Counted from the whole stretch's first letter, positions 39,372-49,760 are shown. The stretch is DNA of 60,024 nt, filler included, from 4 parts of 4 records of this genome joined end to end with filler, not necessarily neighbours in it, one strand, 5' to 3'. Numbers and translations are program-made. The notes: a model not told the origin generated them from the sequence alone.

Positions 39372-39767
39372 TTACGCGTAGCGGCGGGTCTCGCTCGGCA
39401 GATCGCCGGAGATGGCGTTGCGCACGGCCTTGCGGATATCGGCCAGCGAAAACGGCTTGGTGACCACGTCATGGACCAGGGATTCCAGGCCATTGGCCCG
39501 TTCACGCTGGTCGGCAAAGCCGGTCATGAGGAGGATCGGCAGCCGTGGATAGTCGCGCGCCGTATGCAGAGCCAGAGCGATGCCGTCCATGACGGGCATC
39601 TTGATGTCGGACAGCAGCAGATCGAAGCTGCCCTTCTCGCGGGTCAGAACTTCGACGGCTTCGCCGCCATCCTCGGCCGCTTCAACGGAATGACCGTCAA
39701 GCTCCAGGGCACGCTTTACGAAGCTGCGGACAGCTTCATCGTCTTCAGTAAGAAGAATGCGAGCCAT
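39372..39767 (-). CDS. Single-domain response regulator, CpdR2-like
   Basis: MARILLTEDD...DIKMPVMDG...MTGF...KPF; directly downstream of hpt, as in rhizobia. Confidence 0.85.
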   Translation of the reverse strand: MARILLTEDDEAVRSFVKRALELDGHSVEAAEDGGEAVEVLTREKGSFDLLLSDIKMPVMDGIALALHTARDYPRLPILLMTGFADQRERANGLESLVHDVVTKPFSLADIRKAVRNAISGDLPSETRRYA

Positions 39768-39769
39768 GC

Positions 39770-40333
39770 TCACTCTCCTGTGTTGCCGTCAGCCGCTCCG
39801 TCGTCCGGGGCGACAACGTATCCAATATAGGGCAACTGCCGCCAAGCGTGGCCCATATCCATACCATATCCGACGACAAACTTATCAGGACAGGCAAAAC
39901 CGACATAATCGGCAGATATGGCAGCTTTACGGCGCTCGGGTTTATCCAGCAGAGCTGCGATCTTCACCGAGTGCGCGCCCCTGTTCAGCAGCCGCTCCCG
40001 CGCGAAGGCGAGCGTGCGACCGGATTCCAGGATATCATCCACTAAAATAATATCGCGCTCGTTAACGTCACTTTCAACATCGCGCAAAATCCGGATGGTG
40101 TCGGAGCCTTCAGTCCCGGCGCCATAAGAGGACAGGTGCATGAACTCCATTTCCGGCTGCAGCCCTGCCCGGTGCATTGCCCGCACAAGATCGGCCGCAA
40201 AAATGAAGCTGCCTTTCAGAACCGCGACAACCAAAAGATTTTGCGGTTTGCCTTCGGCGATTTCCTCTGCGAGCGCGCCAACACGTTGGGCAATGGCGTC
40301 TTCATCGAACAGAGTATGGATATCTGATGTCAT
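39770..40333 (-). CDS. hpt: Hypoxanthine phosphoribosyltransferase
   Basis: LKGSFIF, SSYG, VDDILESGRT and FVVGYGMD. Confidence 0.96.
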   Translation of the reverse strand: MTSDIHTLFDEDAIAQRVGALAEEIAEGKPQNLLVVAVLKGSFIFAADLVRAMHRAGLQPEMEFMHLSSYGAGTEGSDTIRILRDVESDVNERDIILVDDILESGRTLAFARERLLNRGAHSVKIAALLDKPERRKAAISADYVGFACPDKFVVGYGMDMGHAWRQLPYIGYVVAPDDGAADGNTGE

Positions 40334-40335
40334 GG

Positions 40336-41277
40336 TCACTCTAGAACTACCTGGCGTTGGCCGCGTTCAACAAACCGGACCTGGATATCGGACGCGGTTT
40401 TCGGAGGGTCGGCTAATATCGTCCTGAACCGGGTTTCGTCCAGTGCGTTTAGCGATTTTGTTCTGGGCTCGACAGTCCAGGCATAAACTTCCTGCATGTC
40501 CGCACCGCGGATCGAGAGGCGCACGGCGGGCACCGAGTTCAGTTCATCAAGCAGGTTGCGGATCGACCCCTCGACCACGAGAACCTTCTTGCCGTCCTCG
40601 ACCTCGGTGAAGGTGCGCAGGTTTCGGAATTCAAGTCCGCGCAGATTGACTTCAAACCCGATCATCCGGAACAGGCTTGCCAGGTCAGGAGATTGTTTGA
40701 CGAGCGAGTCTCGCATGAGGACAAACAAAACACAGGCCGCAACCGCGACGCCGAACAGGGCAACGCCGCCAATGCGCCGATAATTTCGCCGCAGGATCCA
40801 GTTGAGGATCGCACCAATCTGGTCCCGCCGGAACTTGTTCGGATTGACGATGATCTTCGGCCGCTTGGCCATGGATTCGATGTCGGCCTTGTTTTCGGGC
40901 TCACCGGTCCTTGCGTCTTCCTTCAGATCCGCAGCGAATTTTGCCTCGTCGCTGGCCGTACGGGCGGCTGCGGGTTCGGGAGCGACGGCGGCTTCGGGTT
41001 CGTCGTCCTCGTCATCCGCTTCCGCGTCGAACGTTTCTTCTTCCGCGTCGGCTGCCCAATCGGCTTCGTCCTGTGCGGGATCTTCTTCAACGGAAGGAGG
41101 TGCAATTTCGTCGACGTCGTTCTTTGCGCTGAACGCAACATCGCCTTCTTCGTCATCGTCGGGCGAAACGAACCAGCGGTTGCCGCACTTGGCGCATTTG
41201 ACGCTACGCCCTTCCGGGCCAAGCGCCTCTACCTTAATCTCGTAGGACGTACTGCAGTCCGGACATTTGATCTTCAT
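40336..41277 (-). CDS. MJ0042-type zinc-finger membrane protein (DUF3426-like C-terminus)
   Basis: CPDC...CAKC N-terminus, acidic linker, one TM segment. Confidence 0.85.
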   Translation of the reverse strand: MKIKCPDCSTSYEIKVEALGPEGRSVKCAKCGNRWFVSPDDDEEGDVAFSAKNDVDEIAPPSVEEDPAQDEADWAADAEEETFDAEADDEDDEPEAAVAPEPAAARTASDEAKFAADLKEDARTGEPENKADIESMAKRPKIIVNPNKFRRDQIGAILNWILRRNYRRIGGVALFGVAVAACVLFVLMRDSLVKQSPDLASLFRMIGFEVNLRGLEFRNLRTFTEVEDGKKVLVVEGSIRNLLDELNSVPAVRLSIRGADMQEVYAWTVEPRTKSLNALDETRFRTILADPPKTASDIQVRFVERGQRQVVLE

Positions 41278-41414
41278 GTGCGAAGACCTTTCGCCATGGC
41301 ATGCTCTAGCGGTTCACTTTGGAACCGGGGGGTCGAAATCCGGCACGAAATATTGGACAAGGGCCAAGCAAATCCTATGACGGGCTTTCAGGTCCTTAAT
41401 GGACCTTTATATGA

Positions 41415-41430
41415 TTAATGCACCGTTAAC
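41415..41430 (+). promoter_or_regulatory. CtrA binding box upstream of ftsE
   Basis: Exact TTAA-TGCACCG-TTAAC (TTAA-N7-TTAAC). Confidence 0.8.
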
Positions 41431-41471
41431 GGCCACGCTATAGCGTTCGGGCCATCAACAGGAGTAATTTT

Positions 41472-42131
41472 GTGATCCGCTTCGAAAATGTCGGATTGAG
41501 ATACGGAATGGGATCGGAAATCCTGCGCGACCTGACTTTTCAGATCGAACCGCAGTCATTTCAGTTCCTGACCGGTCCCTCGGGGGCAGGCAAGACCAGC
41601 CTGATCCGGCTCCTGTTCATGTCCCTGCGCCCGACCCGAGGCCTGATAAAGGTTTTCAACCGCGACCTGAGCGTGATCGACAAGCAGGAATTGCCGAAGC
41701 TCCGGCGCAAGATCGGCGTGGTGTTTCAGGATTTTCGCCTGCTGGACCATCTGACAACCTATGAAAACGTGGCACTGCCACTGCGCGTGGTGGGAAAGGA
41801 CGAATCCGAATACCGCTCCGATGTGATTGATCTGTTGAAATGGGTCGGACTTGGGGATCGCATGCATGTGCTGCCGCCGGTGCTTTCGGGTGGGGAAAAG
41901 CAGCGTGCGGCCATTGCGCGGGCGCTGATCACCCGGCCGGAGGTGCTGCTCGCGGACGAGCCGACCGGTAACGTGGATCCGCCACTTGCACGTCGTCTGT
42001 TGCGCCTTTTCATCGAATTGAACAAACTCGGCACCTCTGTCGTCATCGCGACCCACGATATCGCGCTGCTGGAACAGGTGGACGCCCGGCGCATGGTGCT
42101 TGCCGACGGGCGCCTCTCAATTTTCGATTAG
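41472..42131 (+). CDS. ftsE: Cell division ATP-binding protein FtsE
   Basis: GPSGAGKT, VFQDFRLL, LSGGEKQR and ADEPTGN. Confidence 0.95.
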   Translation: MIRFENVGLRYGMGSEILRDLTFQIEPQSFQFLTGPSGAGKTSLIRLLFMSLRPTRGLIKVFNRDLSVIDKQELPKLRRKIGVVFQDFRLLDHLTTYENVALPLRVVGKDESEYRSDVIDLLKWVGLGDRMHVLPPVLSGGEKQRAAIARALITRPEVLLADEPTGNVDPPLARRLLRLFIELNKLGTSVVIATHDIALLEQVDARRMVLADGRLSIFD

Positions 42132-42136
42132 GCGGC

Positions 42137-43192
42137 ATGATGGCTCAGTCCGACGACACAGACAAAAAACAGGCAAGCGCCGCCAGTGTTCGCCCGCCCA
42201 AGCGAGCCGAACGACCGAAGCGTGGCCGAAAGCCGGCGCGCAAGGCCGCCCCCAGGCCGAAGAACGAAGCACCCCAGGGGGACGATGCCAAGTTGCGCCC
42301 CTCCGCGGCGATCGTTCCGCCACAGGCAGTCGCCGGGCGGGCTCTCACTCTGGTGGTGGCCATCATGAGCTTTCTGGCCTGTCTGACGGTCGGTGCAGTG
42401 TCGGTGGTGTGGGACGCAGCCGATGCGTGGCAGAACGATCTGGTGCGTGAGATCACCATTCAGATCCGCCCGGCCGAAGGCGTCGACATGCTGCGGGAGA
42501 TCGACAAGGCCGTTGCGCTTGCGCAGGAGTTTCCGGGCATCGATTCCGTACGGGCCCTGTCAGATGCCGAAACCAAGTCATTGCTGGAGCCCTGGCTGGG
42601 TGAAGGCCTTCAGCTTGACGGCCTGCCGGTGCCGCGGCTCATTCAGATCACGGTCGGGGATCCGGAACTTCTGAACCTGTCGCAGCTGCGCTCGATGGTC
42701 TCGCAGAGCGTGACGGGCGCGAGCGTCGATGATCATTCCGTCTGGACGTCTCGTCTGTCGGCCATGGCAGGCGCGGTGGTGCTGGGCGGCTTTGCGATCA
42801 TGGTGCTTGTGCTCGGCTCGATGGTCTTGAGCGTCGTCTTTGCCACCCAGGCAGCCATGGCCGGCAACAAGGACGTCGTCTCCGTTCTGCATTTCGTTGG
42901 AGCGGAGGACGGTTTCATCGCTCGTGAATTCCAGCGCCACTTCCTGATGCTGGGCCTGAAGGGCGGTGTTTCCGGCGGTGTTGCGGCCATCCTGGCCTTT
43001 CTGACGGTTGACATGCTGACCCGGCAGAGCTCCGGCCAGGCGGGGTCGGACCAGATGTCGGCTCTCTTCGGCGGCATCTCCGTCAGCCTGCCCGGCTACC
43101 TCGGTGTATTCGGTGTGGTGTTCCTTGTCGCGATCCTGACAGCCCTGACTTCTGGCCTTGCCGTCAAGGCCCATTTGGCAAAAGTGGATTGA
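42137..43192 (+). CDS. ftsX: Cell division permease FtsX
   Basis: Follows ftsE; four TM segments, LLEPWLG and LHFVGA. Confidence 0.9.
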   Translation: MMAQSDDTDKKQASAASVRPPKRAERPKRGRKPARKAAPRPKNEAPQGDDAKLRPSAAIVPPQAVAGRALTLVVAIMSFLACLTVGAVSVVWDAADAWQNDLVREITIQIRPAEGVDMLREIDKAVALAQEFPGIDSVRALSDAETKSLLEPWLGEGLQLDGLPVPRLIQITVGDPELLNLSQLRSMVSQSVTGASVDDHSVWTSRLSAMAGAVVLGGFAIMVLVLGSMVLSVVFATQAAMAGNKDVVSVLHFVGAEDGFIAREFQRHFLMLGLKGGVSGGVAAILAFLTVDMLTRQSSGQAGSDQMSALFGGISVSLPGYLGVFGVVFLVAILTALTSGLAVKAHLAKVD

Positions 43193-43244
43193 TTTTATCG
43201 CACAATGCCGTGAAATTGGCCGAATCACTTATCATAGTCGCGCC

Positions 43245-43970
43245 ATGACCCATGCTGACACAGTGTTAGACCCCGTTCTGGACGACGGTTCTTCCGTCGT
43301 TGGCGATCGGCGTGTGTCCGTTTCAAAGGACAAGGGCACAGCACGCAGGAATGCCACAAGCGGCGATGCGCGCAAGAAACGCTTCGGTCTCAGGATCCTT
43401 TTCGTTGCCGTCATCACGGCTCTTGTTGCGGGAACCGTCGGGCAGTTTGCCATGTTCGCGCAGAAGGTTGCCAATGCCAGAGTGCCGGCTTCCGCAAATG
43501 CGGATGCCATTGTCGTGCTGACAGGCGGGCATGCCCGCGTCAACGAGGCAATCCGTCTCCTGGAAGAAGGCCGTGCCAACCGGTTGCTGATTTCGGGCGT
43601 TCATCCCGGCACCACGCGTGAACAGCTTGCCGCCGTTACTGCGTCCAGCATGCCGCTGGAAAAAAACAGCGTCGATCTTGACCGGGTCGCGCTCAATACA
43701 GCGGGCAATGCGGTGGAAACCGCCAACTGGGTCAAGAAGAACGGGTTCTCGTCCCTCTTGGTCGTGACCAGTGCCTACCACCTGCCGCGTGCCAAGGTGG
43801 AACTTGCCGGCGCCCTGCCGAATGTCGCCCTGATTGCCTATCCGGTCTTTTCCAAGGACCTGAAGCTGGACAGCTGGTACAGGGAACCGGCAACGATGCG
43901 GCTTCTCATGCGCGAATATGTGAAGTATATCCTCGCCCGACTTCGGATTACCGTGCAGGGTGTGCGCTGA
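43245..43970 (+). CDS. YdcF/ElyC (DUF218) family protein
   Basis: IVVLTGG, LLISG, NTAGNA, VTSAYHLPR and REYVK. Confidence 0.9.
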   Translation: MTHADTVLDPVLDDGSSVVGDRRVSVSKDKGTARRNATSGDARKKRFGLRILFVAVITALVAGTVGQFAMFAQKVANARVPASANADAIVVLTGGHARVNEAIRLLEEGRANRLLISGVHPGTTREQLAAVTASSMPLEKNSVDLDRVALNTAGNAVETANWVKKNGFSSLLVVTSAYHLPRAKVELAGALPNVALIAYPVFSKDLKLDSWYREPATMRLLMREYVKYILARLRITVQGVR

Positions 43971-44027
43971 CAGCTGTCGGACCACGGCCGAGCGGTGGCT
44001 TCACCCACGACCAGTCTTTATGGTGCC

Positions 44028-44804
44028 ATGGTTTTTCTGCGCTCTACCCTTTTCCAGATCCTGTTCTATTTCGTCACGTTCGTGCTGATGATCCTGTTCG
44101 CGCCAGTCATGCTGCTGCCGCGGCGCTGGGGCTGGTGGGTGGTGCCGACCTGGTCACGGGTGTTGCAGCTGCTGATGCGTGTCTTTGCGGGCATCAAGGT
44201 GGAAGTCCGGGGACGGGAAAACCTGCCTGACGGCGGTTTCATCGCCGCCATGAAGCACCAGTCCGCCTGGGAGACAGTGGCGCTGATCCCCCTCTTCAGA
44301 AGCCCGACCTTCATCCTGAAGCGCGAACTGCGCTGGATACCGATTTTCGGCTGGTACACAGCCAAGTTCAAGCAGATCCCGATCAACCGGGGCAAGCGGT
44401 CAGAAGCGCTGGCGGCAATGATGCAGGCTGCAAAGGAAGCGATTGCCGAGAAACGCCAGATCCTGATCTTTCCGGAAGGCACCCGCCGGCCGGCCGGGGC
44501 AGAGCCGAAATACAAGTTCGGTATCGCGCATCTCTACCGCGACCTGAAATGTCCGGTTGTCCCGATAGCTCACAACGCCGGCCTCTATTGGCCTCGCGCC
44601 TCGTGGAAGGTCTATCCGGGCACGGTGATTGTCGAGATTCTGCCGCCGATCGAGCCGGGCCTGGCGCCCAATGCCTTTTACGAAAGAATGGTCACGGATA
44701 TCGAGACGGCCAGTGATCGGCTGATCGAGGAAGCCCGCACGGCCCGCAAGCCCTCGCCGGTGCTCGAAGAAGTCGACACGCGCCGCAAGGCACAGCCGGT
44801 CTGA
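44028..44804 (+). CDS. plsC: 1-acyl-sn-glycerol-3-phosphate acyltransferase
   Basis: KHQSAWET and IFPEGTR. Confidence 0.9.
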   Translation: MVFLRSTLFQILFYFVTFVLMILFAPVMLLPRRWGWWVVPTWSRVLQLLMRVFAGIKVEVRGRENLPDGGFIAAMKHQSAWETVALIPLFRSPTFILKRELRWIPIFGWYTAKFKQIPINRGKRSEALAAMMQAAKEAIAEKRQILIFPEGTRRPAGAEPKYKFGIAHLYRDLKCPVVPIAHNAGLYWPRASWKVYPGTVIVEILPPIEPGLAPNAFYERMVTDIETASDRLIEEARTARKPSPVLEEVDTRRKAQPV

Positions 44805-44806
44805 AA

Positions 44807-44839
44807 AAAAGACCGCCTCAATGCGTTGAGACGGTCTTT
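44807..44839. terminator. Bidirectional terminator between plsC and the NCS1 gene
   Basis: AAAGACCGCCTCAA-TGCG-TTGAGACGGTCTTT stem; a second hairpin lies at about 44851-44878. Confidence 0.65.
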
Positions 44840-44892
44840 CAGTTTGAACGGGTTCAGGCGATATCATCGCCTGAACCTGTCTTCAGGCTGCC

Positions 44893-46353
44893 TTATTGTG
44901 CTGTCTTGCCGGCTTCGGTCGTCTGCAGGCGCATCAGGCCCAGATGCAGCACACCACCCAGAACCGCGCCGATGACCCAGCCGTAGCCGGAGAGTTCCGA
45001 CAGGGCCGGAACCCAAACGGTTGCCACCGAGAACAGTGCGGCGATGGCAAAGGCAAAGATCGCCTTCATGTTCCAGCCGTTGTTGTAGTGGTAGCGGGCG
45101 TCCGGATCGGAGGAAAACAGCGCTTCGACATCGATGTTCTGCTTGCGAACCAGGTAGTAGTCCGCGACCAGAATGCCGTAGAGCGGTGCCAGGAAGGCGC
45201 CAAGCGTGTCGACGAAAGCGGCAATGCCGATGTTCGAGATGACCGACACCCACAGTGCGCCGATGAAGAACGCAATGACAGCGGTGATGATGCCGCCGGT
45301 CCTGGCCGAAATCTTTTCCGGGTTGAGGTTGGCAATGTCATAGGCGGGCGGAATGAAGTTTGCCACCAGGTTGATGCCGACCGTTGCCGCAAAGAAGGTG
45401 ACGGCAGCGATCAGCGTCAGCAGGACGTTGTCGACACGGTCGACAATATCAGCCGGGTTCACCAGTTTTTCTCCGAACAGCACCACGGTGCCTGCCGTCA
45501 CGAACAGGGCGATGAAGGAGAAGAAGGCCATGGAAACCGGCAGGCCCCAGAAGTTGCCGCGCTTCATGGCGCGTTCATCCGACACGAAGCGGGAAAAGTC
45601 GCCGAAGTTGATCACGACGGCGGCGAAATAGGCGATCATCGTGCCGACCACCGCGACAAAGGCCGCAACAGGACCGCGCGGGTCGGTTGCTTCGCTGCCT
45701 TCGAAGATGGTGCCGAGAGCCGAGAAGATGCCGTTGCCGGCCTTCCACCAGATCACCAGGCACAGCGCGATCATGACGATGTAGACGAACGGACCTGCCC
45801 AGTTCAGGAATTTGCCGACCCAGTCGATGCCTTTCATGAACAGGGCAACCTGGAAGACGCAGACGATGAGATAGGAAATCCAACCGACCGTTGTCATGCC
45901 GAGGAATTCCGCGCCGCCCTCAGTGCCGAGCAGCGTGTTGAACAGCAAGGCAACCGCCGTGGAGGCGAAGTAGGTCTGCACGCCATACCAGAAGATGGCG
46001 ACGATACCTCGCACGAGCGCCGGGAAACGGGCGCCGTAGACGCCCATCGAGGCGCGTGCGATCACCGGATAGGGCACGCCGTGCTTTACCGACGGGCGGC
46101 CGGTGAGATTGACCAGCACCATGACGAAGAAACCGGCCAGCACGATTGCCGCGAAAACCATCCAGCCGTTGAGGCCATAGGTGATGAACAGCGATGCGGC
46201 CAGCGTGTAGCCGAACAGGCTCTGGATATCGTTGTTCCAGACGTTGAAGATTTCGAAGGCGCCCCACTTGCGCTCCGAAGCCGGGATCGGCGCCAGGTCC
46301 TCGTTGTAGAGGCCTCCGTCTCGCGGACCCGATTTGCCAGATAAATTCGCCAT
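44893..46353 (-). CDS. NCS1 nucleobase:cation symporter
   Basis: LYNEDLAP, RASMG, WYGVQT, NFGDFSRF and ADYYLVRK; about 12 TM segments. Confidence 0.92.
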   Translation of the reverse strand: MANLSGKSGPRDGGLYNEDLAPIPASERKWGAFEIFNVWNNDIQSLFGYTLAASLFITYGLNGWMVFAAIVLAGFFVMVLVNLTGRPSVKHGVPYPVIARASMGVYGARFPALVRGIVAIFWYGVQTYFASTAVALLFNTLLGTEGGAEFLGMTTVGWISYLIVCVFQVALFMKGIDWVGKFLNWAGPFVYIVMIALCLVIWWKAGNGIFSALGTIFEGSEATDPRGPVAAFVAVVGTMIAYFAAVVINFGDFSRFVSDERAMKRGNFWGLPVSMAFFSFIALFVTAGTVVLFGEKLVNPADIVDRVDNVLLTLIAAVTFFAATVGINLVANFIPPAYDIANLNPEKISARTGGIITAVIAFFIGALWVSVISNIGIAAFVDTLGAFLAPLYGILVADYYLVRKQNIDVEALFSSDPDARYHYNNGWNMKAIFAFAIAALFSVATVWVPALSELSGYGWVIGAVLGGVLHLGLMRLQTTEAGKTAQ

Positions 46354-46602
46354 AGTCTCCTCCATGTGGCCGCATCCCCGGCGGCCTCGTTGTTTTCCGG
46401 ACATTCGCAGGTCTTCTTGCGTTCTCCCGGACGCAGGAAGCTCTTGGCTGTGCATTGCAAAAAGTTTGTGCTTGCATCTAACATTTTACAAAGCATGTTA
46501 GGTAACAGACTATACGGAATTTCAAGCAGGTCCTTTCGGCTTTGCTTGGAAATGCCAGTGGCGACAACCTGCGATCATCCGGACCGGATCGACGGAGCTG
46601 CA

Positions 46603-47259
46603 ATGAAGGACGCAAACAAGGGTGAATTGCTGAACGACAAGGCTTTTCAGGCGCTTGTCGAAGCCTTGCGCAGCGGTTCGCTGCGCAATGGCCAGTTCCT
46701 GTCGATGTCCCAGCTTGTCGACCAGCTGGACTATCCGATCGCGCCCGTGCGCGAAGCCGTCAAATACGCCAGCTCTCAGGGGTTCCTGACGACGGTGCCC
46801 AAACGCGGCCTGCAGGTGATGGAAGCTAGCCCGGACAACATTCGCGAATGTCTGGACGTGCGTCTGGTGCTGGACCAGGAAGGTGCGCGCCGGCGAATAT
46901 CACAGGGAAATCTGGAGGGTCTGGACGCCTTGCGCCGGCGTCACGAGATCATGCGCGACGAGGTGCGGACGGGGCCTGCGGCCAGCCTGCCGCCCAAGGC
47001 GATCGAGGTGGATCTGTCCCTGCACACGTACCTTGGCGAGGGACTTGGAAATTCGCTGCTGTCGGCTGCCTATGCCGCAAACCGTATCCGGATCGCCGTC
47101 ATCCAGCATGCGCGGCCGTTTCTTGCCGATCGGATCGCCTCGGCGATGGACGAGCATCTGGCGGTCATCGAGGCGCTGGAAACCCGGAACGAGGCCGCTG
47201 CGGTGCAAGCCTTGAAATATCATTGCGAGCAGACATTGCGCTGGTGGGGTGTTCCCTGA
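46603..47259 (+). CDS. GntR/FCD family regulator
   Basis: N-terminal wHTH (PVREA...PKRG) and FCD-like segment (EHLAVIEAL...H); divergent from NCS1. Confidence 0.85.
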   Translation: MKDANKGELLNDKAFQALVEALRSGSLRNGQFLSMSQLVDQLDYPIAPVREAVKYASSQGFLTTVPKRGLQVMEASPDNIRECLDVRLVLDQEGARRRISQGNLEGLDALRRRHEIMRDEVRTGPAASLPPKAIEVDLSLHTYLGEGLGNSLLSAAYAANRIRIAVIQHARPFLADRIASAMDEHLAVIEALETRNEAAAVQALKYHCEQTLRWWGVP

Positions 47260-47304
47260 GCGTTAGCATCCTGCAAGACCTGTACTGCCGTCCCTGAGCC
47301 TGGC

Positions 47305-47823
47305 TCAGGCTTTCAGGCGCTCGGCCAGCCAGGCAAGACCCGTATCGGGAATGCCCATTTCCTGGAGGTGGGCGGCGGTGTTGATGACATAGTCCGGATT
47401 GGCGCCGGACTTGCCGACAGCGCCTCTTACGATTTCCAGCTGCTCTTCAAGCGGCAAGGAACCCGCATATTGGGCATGGCCGTGATCGACCATGTAGACC
47501 AGCGCTTCCACCTTCTCGCCGCTGTCGAGCTCGACGTGATGATGGTGCTCCTTGTAGACCATCGTCGTCTGTTCCCGGGCACGCAGATATTCCAGCACCT
47601 GCGGCCAGATATCCCCGGAGACCTGATAGGCGATGCCCCGGCATGCGCCGCCGTTGTCGAGGCCGAAGACGAGACCTGGTCTCTGCTGCGTGCCCCGATG
47701 TACCCAGGAATAGACGCAAAGCGAGCGATGTGCACCACGCAGCAGCGCCGGTTCGGCGCGCTGGTGATCAAATCCTGGGTTCCACATCAAAGAACCGTAG
47801 CCAAAGACCCAAAAATCGCTCAT
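47305..47823 (-). CDS. chaC: ChaC-like gamma-glutamylcyclotransferase
   Basis: WVFGYGSLMWNPGF, HRGT and YLRAREQ. Confidence 0.9.
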   Translation of the reverse strand: MSDFWVFGYGSLMWNPGFDHQRAEPALLRGAHRSLCVYSWVHRGTQQRPGLVFGLDNGGACRGIAYQVSGDIWPQVLEYLRAREQTTMVYKEHHHHVELDSGEKVEALVYMVDHGHAQYAGSLPLEEQLEIVRGAVGKSGANPDYVINTAAHLQEMGIPDTGLAWLAERLKA

Positions 47824-47973
47824 ATCGACCTGTCTTGTGTTACCGCAGCTGCGGAGATAGCAAGCTGCACCGGTCGTTTCAATGGCACTCCGGCAGCGCC
47901 TGTCCTGCAGGTGGCCCTTGTCGGCAGTGTGACCGGTCCGGAAATCGCCCGAACAAGAAGAGAGTGTCTCCCA

Positions 47974-49023
47974 GTGTCCGATATCAAGACCAAGCCGCCG
48001 AAACCCACCAGACGCGGGTATATCCTGCTGGCCGGAGCTGTCGTTCTGGTGATTGCTGGCTGGTCGGCCGCCTGGTTTTATGGGCAATCCGTCCTGCGGG
48101 AACAACTCGACCGGCAAATTGTCCGCATGGCGGACCAGGGCCTGGATGTGAGCTGCGCGGATCTTGCCATTGCCGGCTATCCGTTCCGCTATGAGGTCTC
48201 CTGCGCGGACATGCGTTCGGCCGATCGCTGGGGAACAGCCGCATCGCTCGGCGGGCTGAATGCCGTCGCGTTGATCTATAATCCGTGGCACGTGATCTTC
48301 GAGGCAAAGTCGCCTGCGGCCATGTCGGTGCCGGTGAACGGCCTCGAGGGTGGTCTGACGTGGCAGACGGCCCGCGCCAGCGTGAAGTTCAGCGACAATG
48401 CGCTCGGCTCGTTCGATGCGGTGATCGACAAACCGGAAGCAGCGTTCGACACCGCCCTCGCCCGGGGCCTGTTTGCGGCTGAAAAGTCCGAAGTCCATCT
48501 GCGCAAGCAACCCGAGAGCGCGGCGACACTGGAAAGTTTCGTAACGGTTCAGGACCTCAGCCTCAAATCTCTGCCGGAACTTCAGCAGACGATTTCCCTG
48601 CGCAGCCATGCCCGTATCGAAGGCGGCACGGCCCTGCTTGCGGGGGCAGACCTCGTTTCGCTTGTGCGGGCGCAAGGCGGAGAACTGCCGGTCGAACTGG
48701 TGCTTACCGAGATACTGCTCGGGGCCGGCAAGACCACGGCAAGCGGCAATCTTGTGCTTTCGGGTGACGGCACCCTGAGCGGATCACTGGAGCTGAACCT
48801 CGGCAATCCGGACGCGCTTCTGGACAGCGTGAAGCCCTTGTTCCCGCCTGATGATCAGACTTTTTCACTGCTGCAGAATGTGGTGAAGAGCCTGGAGCCT
48901 GCCGCCAGGGAGGTCGACGGTGTGCGGACCATCACGCTGCCGGTCTCGGTCGACCGCGGCGTGGTTCGCATCGGTTTTCTGCCGCTTGGTCAGATCCCGC
49001 CGTTGTTTCCCGCGGGATCCTGA
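47974..49023 (+). CDS. DUF2125-like membrane-anchored protein
   Basis: N-terminal TM ending WSAAWFY, IAGYPFR, LIYNPWHVI and the C-terminal GFLPLGQIPPL. Confidence 0.75.
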   Translation: MSDIKTKPPKPTRRGYILLAGAVVLVIAGWSAAWFYGQSVLREQLDRQIVRMADQGLDVSCADLAIAGYPFRYEVSCADMRSADRWGTAASLGGLNAVALIYNPWHVIFEAKSPAAMSVPVNGLEGGLTWQTARASVKFSDNALGSFDAVIDKPEAAFDTALARGLFAAEKSEVHLRKQPESAATLESFVTVQDLSLKSLPELQQTISLRSHARIEGGTALLAGADLVSLVRAQGGELPVELVLTEILLGAGKTTASGNLVLSGDGTLSGSLELNLGNPDALLDSVKPLFPPDDQTFSLLQNVVKSLEPAAREVDGVRTITLPVSVDRGVVRIGFLPLGQIPPLFPAGS

Positions 49024-49095
49024 TCACTTGATGGCCTCAGTCCGCACCCTGAACAGCGGTATGCGGACTGAAACCTGCCTGAAGGCGAAGCCCGG

Positions 49096-49557
49096 TCAGT
49101 CGCCGGCGATGCGGTCGATCGGGATCAGGTAGCTCTTGCGATGATCGGGTTCTGCGATCTTTTCGTAGAGCGCAACCGCCGGGGTGTTCTTGCCCGGTAC
49201 GAGCCAGCGCAAATGCAGCCATCCGCGGCTCTGGCCTTCGCTGACCAGGGTTTCGATCATCTTGCGGCCGGTGCCCTTGTTGCGGTGATCGGGATGGACA
49301 TAGATGTCATCCATCTGGCCGATCCTGAGACCCGTAATGAGTTCCGGCAGGTCGAAGAAAACTGCGAAGCCGACCAGCTTGTCGCCTTCGAAAGCTCCCA
49401 GAACCTCGGCGGTCTTGTCCGACAGAATGCGTTCGGCGTAATAGGCGTCGGGACGACGCGGTGCACCGCGCCGCAGCGCCTGAGCATTTTCGGCAATAAG
49501 CGGCGCAAGCTTATGAGCATCATCCAGCCGAAGGGCCCTGATTTGCGTTGTCGTCAT
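49096..49557 (-). CDS. GNAT acetyltransferase
   Basis: DDIYVHPDHRNKGTG and N..AVALYEK. Confidence 0.88.
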   Translation of the reverse strand: MTTTQIRALRLDDAHKLAPLIAENAQALRRGAPRRPDAYYAERILSDKTAEVLGAFEGDKLVGFAVFFDLPELITGLRIGQMDDIYVHPDHRNKGTGRKMIETLVSEGQSRGWLHLRWLVPGKNTPAVALYEKIAEPDHRKSYLIPIDRIAGD

Positions 49558-49760
49558 GATTTCCCCGGAAAGCAAATCGATTAAGAGTGTGACTTTGGCC
49601 CACCATGTCCCGAAACGGGTTCGCTGATCAAGGACTTCGATCAATTAATGGCTGCGGCATTGCTGACGGTCGGCTACGCAGGCCCTGTCCGAGGTCTGCG
49701 GCCTTTCGCTTGCGGCAATTTCGTGCCATGAGCGTTGCACGGAAAACACGGGAACAGGAA

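Noticed and set aside
47305-49023. Overlapping 456-aa and 551-aa ORFs
   Set aside because: Over-extended starts; the credible genes are chaC (47305-47823, -) and the DUF2125-like gene (47974-49023, +).
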